A stretch of DNA of 38,267 bases from a virus (taxonomy: Duplodnaviria; Caudoviricetes), in the IMG/VR virus record IMGVR_UViG_3300020042_005441, positions 1 through 38,267 of that record. One strand, written 5' to 3'. The notes below the pieces were generated by a model, which saw only the letters and a list, made by a program, of their open reading frames with translations, did no database searches and was not told the origin of the DNA. The translations under genes were made by a program, and so were the position numbers. Shown here piece by piece: positions 27,002 through 34,548 of the stretch (positions are counted from its first letter, which is position 1; the number at the start of each line of letters is the position of its first letter).

Positions 27002-27712
27002 ATGTTCTGGGCAAATCAAGATAAAAGTCAAATAGTAGAACTTAAAAAGAAAAATCTTTTTATTGCTAGATTTTCAAATACACAAGGTTTTAATTGGTCT
27101 GGTAATAATAAGGAAGGTAATATTTCTTTATTAGTTAAGAAAGTTAATTTACCATCATTAAATGTTCCTTTTGAAAGATTACATGGTAACCAGTTTGTTC
27201 ATTATTATCATGTAGGCGAAATAAATTGGGAGCCAATAACAATAACATTTGTTGATACAATGGAGCACCCAACTGATAATAATGTCCCAAAGTGGAGACA
27301 GATGTTTTTTGATTATTTAAATCAAAATTTAATAACAGAAGATAACAGAACAAGTATGCTAGATTTAGCAACATTTTGTGAAAGCATAAAGTTAACAAGT
27401 TATTCAACTTTTGTAGATTATACAAAACGTTATAAAAATGATGGAACTTTAATTGATGCAAAAACAGTTAATTTTAAAGAAGTAACAGATTTTAACGGAA
27501 AATTGCAGAAAACAGATGATAGACTTGATGTAACGGATACTTTTATTATTAAAAGACCAAAAATTACTAAAATAGATTTTGGTTCATTAGATTATGGATC
27601 TGATGAAGCTAATGAAATAACTGTCACGTTCTTACCAGAGTGGTGTTATTGGGACAACTTTGAAGATGTTTTAAAAGAAGCTGAAGCTGCTATTACTATG
27701 ACTAGAAATTAA
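27002..27712 (+). CDS. Second tail-tube-fold protein
   Basis: MFW start, KKVNLPS, WEPITITFVD, ITKIDFGSLDYGSD align with the preceding tube protein. Confidence 0.75.
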   Translation: MFWANQDKSQIVELKKKNLFIARFSNTQGFNWSGNNKEGNISLLVKKVNLPSLNVPFERLHGNQFVHYYHVGEINWEPITITFVDTMEHPTDNNVPKWRQMFFDYLNQNLITEDNRTSMLDLATFCESIKLTSYSTFVDYTKRYKNDGTLIDAKTVNFKEVTDFNGKLQKTDDRLDVTDTFIIKRPKITKIDFGSLDYGSDEANEITVTFLPEWCYWDNFEDVLKEAEAAITMTRN

Positions 27713-27729
27713 TTAACAACGAGTGATAT

Positions 27730-28581
27730 ATGAGAAACAACCTAGATAGACTAGGGTTAGATACAAAAAAACCCCAACAAGATGATATAGCAGGAGCTAC
27801 AGGATTGTCCTTTGTAACTCCAATTGAGATTGTAGATTTACCATCAAGAGGTGTATTCTATCCAGAAGGACACCCACTACATAATAAAGATACAATTGAA
27901 ATTAAATACATGACAGCCAAAGATGAAGATACTTTATCAAATCAATCCCTACTCAAAAAAGGTATGGCATTAGAAAAAGTATTACAAGATATTGTTGTAG
28001 ATAAATCAATTAATATGGATACCTTATTAGTTGGTGATAAAAACGCAGTAATTGTTGCTGCTCGTAAATCTGCTTATGGTGCAGATTATCAAACAAAAGT
28101 AACTTGTCCTTCTTGTGGCAAAGTTCAAGGATATGAATTTGATCTTAATATTTGTAATGTTAAAGATCCAATAAGCGATGAAGAATTGGAAGAAGAAGGA
28201 ATAATAAGAACAGAAGATAATACATTTGTTATTCAAATTCCAATATACAAAGTTCCAGTTGAATTAAAGTTATTAACAAGTAAAGATGAAAACTTCATAA
28301 GTTCAAAAGTAAGAGAAGCACAATTAGCAAAGAAAGAAATGGATTCAATTCTATCTCTACAATTAAGATTAATGATAAAATCAATAAATGGTTTATCAGA
28401 TCCTAAAATATTAAATGAAGTTGTATCTACACTTCCAGCAAAAGACTCAAAAGCAATTAGACAAGCATATGTTAAGATTGCTCCAAATATGGATTTATCA
28501 CACGATTTTGAATGTCGCTCTTGTTCATATGAAACAAGGCTGGAGGTTCCGTTTACATCGGACTTTTTTTGGCCTAAGTGA
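27730..28581 (+). CDS. Tail/baseplate-hub assembly chaperone (gp26-like, lambda gpG analogue)
   Basis: VDLPSRG..Y, KYMTAKDED, LLVGDKNA..AR..AYG, CPSC and CRSC, ends DFFWPK. Confidence 0.8.
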   Translation: MRNNLDRLGLDTKKPQQDDIAGATGLSFVTPIEIVDLPSRGVFYPEGHPLHNKDTIEIKYMTAKDEDTLSNQSLLKKGMALEKVLQDIVVDKSINMDTLLVGDKNAVIVAARKSAYGADYQTKVTCPSCGKVQGYEFDLNICNVKDPISDEELEEEGIIRTEDNTFVIQIPIYKVPVELKLLTSKDENFISSKVREAQLAKKEMDSILSLQLRLMIKSINGLSDPKILNEVVSTLPAKDSKAIRQAYVKIAPNMDLSHDFECRSCSYETRLEVPFTSDFFWPK

Positions 28582-28756
28582 TGAATACCAGAAACAAGTA
28601 TATGAACAATTCTTTATCCTAAAGTATCATGGAGGATGGTCGTTTATCGAAGCGTATAGCCTTCCAGTAGGACTTAGAATGTGGTTTGTAGAAAGACTTG
28701 CTAAACAGATACAAGACGAAGCAGAGGCTATGGAGAAGGCTTCTAAAAAGAAATAG
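28562..28756 (+). CDS. Frameshift-accessed C-terminal extension of the chaperone (gpT/gp51-like)
   Basis: FFGLSDEYQKQVYEQFFILKYHGGWSFIEAYSLPVGLRMWFVERL in the +1 frame; no nearby in-frame start; begins at T7 run. Confidence 0.7.
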   Translation, partial: TFFGLSDEYQKQVYEQFFILKYHGGWSFIEAYSLPVGLRMWFVERLAKQIQDEAEAMEKASKKK

Positions 28757-28757
28757 T

Positions 28758-28782
28758 AAAAGGGATCTAAATGATCCCTTTT
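28758..28782 (+). terminator. Intrinsic (possibly bidirectional) terminator
   Basis: AAAAGGGATC-taaat-GATCCCTTTT. Confidence 0.8.
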
Positions 28783-28793
28783 GTTATATTTAT

Positions 28794-28802
28794 ACTATTT
28801 AT
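28794..28802 (+). promoter_or_regulatory. Candidate late promoter ACTATTTAT
   Basis: After terminator, 20 nt before ATG 28823. Confidence 0.55.
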
Positions 28803-28822
28803 TTAAAAAGGAAACAACAATA

Positions 28823-30568
28823 ATGTCTGATAGATTAAGAGAAGGTAGAGTAACTGATATGTTTAAAAGTGCTGCTTCTGGTCTTGGAAATGCTTTTTTT
28901 GGAAAACCAAACAAAGCTGAAGAACCAAGTGAGCAAGGTAGCTCTACTACAACCCAACCTTCAACCCAACCTTCAACCCAACCTTCAAATCAAAGTGATA
29001 CAACAACGGCTTCCAAACAAGCTAAAGGAACTAGTGCTGATAAAGGTGGAGGAAGAGTTCAGCCAAAAGCTGGTATAGTAGACGTAAGAAGAGCTACATA
29101 TGGTAAAATGATGTTAGCACTTCAAACTGCTGGTGTAACCGATCAACAACAACAAAAAGAATATGCAGAACAAATAATAACAAACATTATTATTCCTTTT
29201 TTAACCGTTCATTTAAATGCAAGAGGATTAAACGTTACAGATTTAAGAAGTAAAAAATCTTCTTTATCTCAAAATTCAACAAAAGACCAATCTGGAAATC
29301 CAAGAGTTATAACATTATCTGAAGCTAAAGCTTCTTCTAGAAAAATAAATCAATCAAATAATACTAAACAAACGCCAGAGCAAAAAGCAAAAAGCGAAAA
29401 GCAAAAAGAATTTAGAAGAGCAAGAGATCAAGAAAGAGTAGCAGCTAAGGAAGCTCTTTCGACAAACGATAATAGTTCAAAGGATGCAGACGAAAATGTA
29501 GAAGATCCACCAACTAATCCCGGTCAAGAAACAGAAAGTTTAAAAAATTATAGTAATCAATTAGATAAAATAGATAAAAAAGTATTTCCAAAAGAGCTAG
29601 GCAAAAATCCAGTTTTAATTCTTTCTAAGTTGTTTGCAGCAAATCCACAATTAGCAAAAGAATTTGGATTTAAGCAAGAAATTAAAGAAGCTATAGATAA
29701 CGAAATACAAAAAAACTATAAAGGTGATCAAATAAATGATCAACCAGTTAAATTATTAAAAGCTTTAGAAAAACAAAATATAAAGATTAATCTTGTACAA
29801 GCTAAAAGTCTTGCTCAAAGTATAATATCTTTAAATCCACAACAAGTAAAAACAGCAAAACAAGTTAATAGAACTAGTAGTAATCTATCTCAACAACAAG
29901 CTGCTCCTGTTGAGACTGATGAGAAAAAGCTTAAGGATGTAAAAGATTATATGGTGTCTAAAACTGATGCAATATCTCAAGCTACAACTTTTGCTTCTAT
30001 ATATAAAATTATTTATGATATGCCCGAGACTATTGCTCTTAAAAAACAATATCGTGATAAGATAAGAATAGTAATGGATAATCCAGCTGTGGCTAATAGC
30101 ACTACTTTTACAGAATTATTTACAAATGGAGGAGGCTTTCGTAATAAAGTTATTGAACTTGCAAAAATACAAGCAGCAAAAAAACAACCTCAAGCACAAC
30201 CAGCAGCACAAGCACAACCTCAAGCACAACCAGCAGCACAAGCACCAGTTGCTTTAATTCCACAAACGCCAGAAGCACAAGCAATAGTAAAAACTAAAAT
30301 TGATATAAACCAACCAATTCCTTTATTTACTGGTCATGCTAATCTATTACAAAGAATAAATAGTTCTATAAAAAGTAGAGCTAAAAGTGTCAATGTAAAT
30401 GATCCAAATATTCAAAATCAATTTAAACAAATAATTAAAGACTTAGTTGATCAATTAAAAATTAATGGTATCACTAATAAACAAATTCAAGAAAATTTTG
30501 ACTTTACACAAGAACTATTAAACGAAACAATAGTTAATCGTTGGAAAGTTTTAGCTAACATTAAATAA
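28823..30568 (+). CDS. Large Gln/Lys-rich protein, probable internal head/ejection protein (start likely 28823)
   Basis: LRE|G at N-terminus, internal LSE, IKE, IQE, LNE sites, C-terminal RWKVLANIK resembling the scaffold end. Confidence 0.6.
   Translation: MSDRLREGRVTDMFKSAASGLGNAFFGKPNKAEEPSEQGSSTTTQPSTQPSTQPSNQSDTTTASKQAKGTSADKGGGRVQPKAGIVDVRRATYGKMMLALQTAGVTDQQQQKEYAEQIITNIIIPFLTVHLNARGLNVTDLRSKKSSLSQNSTKDQSGNPRVITLSEAKASSRKINQSNNTKQTPEQKAKSEKQKEFRRARDQERVAAKEALSTNDNSSKDADENVEDPPTNPGQETESLKNYSNQLDKIDKKVFPKELGKNPVLILSKLFAANPQLAKEFGFKQEIKEAIDNEIQKNYKGDQINDQPVKLLKALEKQNIKINLVQAKSLAQSIISLNPQQVKTAKQVNRTSSNLSQQQAAPVETDEKKLKDVKDYMVSKTDAISQATTFASIYKIIYDMPETIALKKQYRDKIRIVMDNPAVANSTTFTELFTNGGGFRNKVIELAKIQAAKKQPQAQPAAQAQPQAQPAAQAPVALIPQTPEAQAIVKTKIDINQPIPLFTGHANLLQRINSSIKSRAKSVNVNDPNIQNQFKQIIKDLVDQLKINGITNKQIQENFDFTQELLNETIVNRWKVLANIK
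28950..28988 (+). repeat. 12-bp tandem repeat x3 (TQPS)
   Basis: caacccaacctt x3 + caa. Confidence 0.9.
30184..30245 (+). repeat. 30-bp tandem repeat x2 (QPQAQPAAQA)
   Basis: acaacctcaagcacaaccagcagcacaagc x2. Confidence 0.9.
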
Positions 30569-30579
30569 TAAAGATAGAT

Positions 30580-30587
30580 ACTATTTA
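30580..30587 (+). promoter_or_regulatory. Candidate late promoter ACTATTTA
   Basis: Intergenic, before SD GAGG and ATG 30603. Confidence 0.5.
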
Positions 30588-30602
30588 CTTTGAGGTTTAT
30601 AT

Positions 30603-30929
30603 ATGTCCAAAGAAATAGTATCTATACACATTGATTTGTCAAATACAAAACAATTAAATGAATCATTCTTAGAAATGTTTGGTTCAACTATAAAACTTAT
30701 TCTTCAGCGTATGTTTGGTCAAGATGTATTCTTACCACCTGTTTCCGTTACAGGAGATCGTAATCAAGTTGAAACATTTGCTAAAGTTTTAGCTGGAGAA
30801 AGAAGATATTTTGATTCATATGTAAATTATGGTCTTAATGATCCAAGAACATATAGAAATAAATATGAATTAGAATCTGCTGTATCTAATTTTGAAAGAG
30901 CTACTAATATCAAGTGGCCGTTTAAATAA
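30603..30929 (+). CDS. Hypothetical protein upstream of tape measure
   Basis: 108-aa ORF with SD GAGG; LNE|SFLEMFG; YGLNDPRTY; ends KWPFK. Confidence 0.7.
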   Translation: MSKEIVSIHIDLSNTKQLNESFLEMFGSTIKLILQRMFGQDVFLPPVSVTGDRNQVETFAKVLAGERRYFDSYVNYGLNDPRTYRNKYELESAVSNFERATNIKWPFK

Positions 30930-30945
30930 GGAACTATTATAGCTT

Positions 30946-33354
30946 ATGGATCTTAAACAACAAGAAGCAGCATTAAAATCTGAAATTTCTAGATTAGAAA
31001 CTTTAGAGAAACAGAAAAGTATAACTTCTGAACAGATAAATTTGTTAAATACACTTAAAATAAGTTTACAACAAGTTAATGATTTACAACAAAAATCTGC
31101 TGATTATCAACAACAAAGATTAAAAGATCTTGAGTTAGAAAAACAATTATTAGAAGCTAATGCTAAGTTTCTTGATTCTAAACAAGAAAATCTTGATGCA
31201 TTTGTAAGACTTCAACAAATAGAAATTGACGGATTACAAATTAATTTACAAATAAAAAAAGAAGAATTAAAGGTTGAGTTACAAGTAGCAGGTTTAACAG
31301 AAGAAGATAGAAGAGTAAAATTAGAAGCTTATCTTATTGAAGAAAAGAAATTATTAAACCTAAAAGAACAACTTGAAATATCTGGTAAGTTAGGTCAACA
31401 AACAAAAGATATTATTTCAGCTACTATGGGTATTTCTGCTCGTTGGAAAGAAACTTTCTTTGGCAAGTTATTAGATAAAGATGGTGATAGTGTAAAAAAT
31501 ATGAAGGCAATTTCTGCTTCTATTAAAGATACTGTTAATATACAAAACCTTGTTGGCTCTACTTTGATGAAAATTCAAGAAGCTACTGTTCAAGCTTTTT
31601 TTGCTTATGATAGTGCCGCTACAAATTTAGCAAAAGTAGCAGGGGCAAACGAACAACTACAAGGTGTTTTAGCAAGCACCGCAAGAGGAGCAACTGCTTA
31701 TGGTATTTCTTTTGAGCAATCAGGTAGAGCAGTTGTAGGCTTATATTCAAACTTAAATACATTCACTAATCTTAATGCTGGTGCTGCACAACAACTAACT
31801 ATTTCTGCTGCTAAACTTGATAGATTAGGAATAGCTGGTCAAGAAAGTGCAAAACAAATTGGAACCCTAACACAAATTATGGGAATGTCCGAAGTTCAAG
31901 CAGGAAAAACAAGTGAAGAGTTGGCTGGTTTTGCTTTAGCAATTGGTAAATCTCCACAACAAGTAGCACAAGATTTTGCTGGTGCTTCTAATCAATTAGC
32001 AGCTTATGGCAACAATATGGTAAATGTATTCAAAGATCTTGAAATACAATCAAAAGCTACTGGTGTTGCTGTAAATGATTTAATCTCAATAGCAGAGAAA
32101 TTCCAAACATTTGAAGGTGCCGCAACAGCCGCTGGTAAACTTAATGCTGCTCTTGGTGGTGGATTTATTAATGCTATGGAATTATTAGAAGCATCAGCAG
32201 AAAACCCAGCAAAAGCAATTGATTTGTTGAGAACAAGATTAGATGATGCTGGTTTAGCTTTTAACCAAATGTCTTTCTACGAACAGAAAATGATTGCTGA
32301 TGCTGCTGGCTTTAAGACAATTGAAGAAGCAAGTCGTGTTCTTTCTATGTCTAATGCGGAAGCAGAAAAAGCAGCAAGAGCAGATGCTGAAAGAGCAGAT
32401 GAGCAAAAATTATTAAATGATGCAGTTCAAAGATCAATACCTATTCAAGAAAAATTACAATTATTAATGGCTAATTTTGCTGTAACAATGCAAAAACCAG
32501 TTGAAATAATATCTGCCTTTATTACTTCAATAACTTGGCTAATTGATAATATTCCTTTTCTTAGTACCATATTAGGAGTTTTAATTGGATTGTTTGTTAC
32601 ACTAAAGATTATTGGAACTATCGCAACTATGTTTAAAACTGTTGCTGGTGCATTTACAATGTTTAATACTGCTGCTACTGTTACTGCCCCTGCTGCTGGT
32701 GCTGCTTCTACTAGTATTACAACTTTAGGAGCAGCAGGCGGCGCAGCAGCACCCGGAATTGCTGCTTTTGGTGGCTCCTTATTCACTGTTCTTGGACCAA
32801 TTGCTTTAGTTGCCGCAGCTATAGGACTTATGTATGCTGGTATAGGTTATTTAGTTAAGAGCCTTGTAGAATTATTTAAGGTATTAGCAAACACAGATAG
32901 TATTGGTGACTCACTTCTTACTCTTGCTTTAGCTATGGGATCTGTAAGTTTGATCTTTACTAATCCAATTGTAATGGTTGGTTTATTAGTATTTAGTACA
33001 GCTTTGGCAGGTATAGTTTCTACTCTAAATAAATTAGATAAAGATAAATCTTTTAATTTTGCAGCTATAACTAAAAATATAGCAGAACTAAATGTTAAAA
33101 CAACTACTGGTCCAAATAATGCTATTAAACAAACTGGTGAATTAATAACCGCTATAAACAGTTTTAGTTTAAGTAAGGACAATACTGCTGGATTAGAGAG
33201 AATATTAAAAGCTGCTATGCCCAAACAACAACAAGCTGGTTCAACATATTCTCCAACCATAATAGTTAAGATAGGTGATAAACAATTAAAAAATCTTGTG
33301 GTCGAAGTAGTTGAACCTATAATGGGTAATACAGCAACAGCATATGCTGGTTAA
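30946..33354 (+). CDS. Tape measure protein
   Basis: 802 aa, N-terminal coiled coil, Ala/Gly-rich helical core, hydrophobic C-terminal segments; between chaperone and baseplate genes. Confidence 0.85.
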   Translation: MDLKQQEAALKSEISRLETLEKQKSITSEQINLLNTLKISLQQVNDLQQKSADYQQQRLKDLELEKQLLEANAKFLDSKQENLDAFVRLQQIEIDGLQINLQIKKEELKVELQVAGLTEEDRRVKLEAYLIEEKKLLNLKEQLEISGKLGQQTKDIISATMGISARWKETFFGKLLDKDGDSVKNMKAISASIKDTVNIQNLVGSTLMKIQEATVQAFFAYDSAATNLAKVAGANEQLQGVLASTARGATAYGISFEQSGRAVVGLYSNLNTFTNLNAGAAQQLTISAAKLDRLGIAGQESAKQIGTLTQIMGMSEVQAGKTSEELAGFALAIGKSPQQVAQDFAGASNQLAAYGNNMVNVFKDLEIQSKATGVAVNDLISIAEKFQTFEGAATAAGKLNAALGGGFINAMELLEASAENPAKAIDLLRTRLDDAGLAFNQMSFYEQKMIADAAGFKTIEEASRVLSMSNAEAEKAARADAERADEQKLLNDAVQRSIPIQEKLQLLMANFAVTMQKPVEIISAFITSITWLIDNIPFLSTILGVLIGLFVTLKIIGTIATMFKTVAGAFTMFNTAATVTAPAAGAASTSITTLGAAGGAAAPGIAAFGGSLFTVLGPIALVAAAIGLMYAGIGYLVKSLVELFKVLANTDSIGDSLLTLALAMGSVSLIFTNPIVMVGLLVFSTALAGIVSTLNKLDKDKSFNFAAITKNIAELNVKTTTGPNNAIKQTGELITAINSFSLSKDNTAGLERILKAAMPKQQQAGSTYSPTIIVKIGDKQLKNLVVEVVEPIMGNTATAYAG

Positions 33355-33384
33355 TAACATATCAACAGTATAGTAGGAGTATGA

Positions 33385-34203
33385 ATGGCTCAAAGTAAGA
33401 ACGCAGCAGGTCAAATAAGAGAAGTATACCCAGATTTAAAATATCTTAAGGGTATTGATGATTACTTATTGTTTAATATTAAAAGTATTACCTATGGTGT
33501 ATATTTTAAGTTTCTTCCTTATGATGTTAAAATAACAGAAAGTTTAACACCAGAATGGAATAAAGAAACTGTTATTGGTAGAATGGACCCTATTTCTACT
33601 TTTAAAAGAATGGGAAGAACAATGAACGCTACCTTTAAAGTAAAAGCTAGATATGGTAGTAAAGTAGTAGGTAGTGGAGATGATGCTATTCTACCTGTTG
33701 ATGAACTATTACATGCGATGGACCATTTAAAAAGAGTATTATATCCAAGATACGATAAAAATCAAGTTATGACTTCTCCTCCTCTTTTCCGTATTAAATA
33801 TGGAAACTTAATACATGCTGGAGTAGATACAATGGGCGGTGAAAGTAATGGTGTTCTTTGTACAATAGATAGTTATTCTGGTAATCCTATTTTTTCTCCA
33901 AATTCTATAATGACAAAAACTCAAAAAGGAAGCACTAACTATGGTGGAATAGGTAATAAAAGTGTTGGGTTCTATCCAAATGGTTTTGATATAAACATTG
34001 GCTTTACAGTCTTCAATGAAAAATTAGCAAATCAAACTGATAGTGGAAAAGGAATATTGATTGAAAAATATTTCTATGATTATGTTGAGTCAATACACAA
34101 CACAGAAACAGTAACTTCTAACGTTTTTTTTGATGATGATACTGTTAAACCTGTTGAACCTGTTGAACAAGCAACCCAAGAAAGAATAACAGGAGGACCA
34201 TAA
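33385..34203 (+). CDS. Baseplate/tube initiator-like protein
   Basis: PEWNKETVIGRMDPISTFK, LYPRY, PPLFRIKYGNLI; follows tape measure. Confidence 0.6.
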   Translation: MAQSKNAAGQIREVYPDLKYLKGIDDYLLFNIKSITYGVYFKFLPYDVKITESLTPEWNKETVIGRMDPISTFKRMGRTMNATFKVKARYGSKVVGSGDDAILPVDELLHAMDHLKRVLYPRYDKNQVMTSPPLFRIKYGNLIHAGVDTMGGESNGVLCTIDSYSGNPIFSPNSIMTKTQKGSTNYGGIGNKSVGFYPNGFDINIGFTVFNEKLANQTDSGKGILIEKYFYDYVESIHNTETVTSNVFFDDDTVKPVEPVEQATQERITGGP

Positions 34204-34206
34204 CAA

Positions 34207-34548
34207 ATGGCTACTCGTTATAGTGGAAACCAACCAAGAGATACAAGCATTTTTAACAATGATAGTTTAAGAGAAGTTATAGAAGAACGAGATGTAAAAT
34301 CTATTAATCATTATAGCATTAATTCATTAAAGTATCCAACGGTTAGTCAAATAAAAAGTTTATCTATTATATCTCATACTTGGAGTTCAAAAGATAAGTA
34401 TTGGAAATTATCCGAGACTTATTATGGAGATACTAAATATTGGTGGGTTATTGCTTGGTTTAATAAAAAACCAATTGAAGCAACTATACAATATGGAGAC
34501 ACAATTTTGATCCCACAACCATTATCTAATCTTCTTGGAATGTTATAA
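34207..34548 (+). CDS. LysM-like baseplate wedge protein (gp53/gpX-like)
   Basis: HTWSSKDKYWKLSETYYGDTKYWWVIAWFN...GDTILIP. Confidence 0.8.
   Translation: MATRYSGNQPRDTSIFNNDSLREVIEERDVKSINHYSINSLKYPTVSQIKSLSIISHTWSSKDKYWKLSETYYGDTKYWWVIAWFNKKPIEATIQYGDTILIPQPLSNLLGML

Noticed and set aside
28415-28561. ATG 28415 as start of a 113-aa gene
   Set aside because: Lies deep inside the chaperone gene; protein-like sequence begins only at the T7 run
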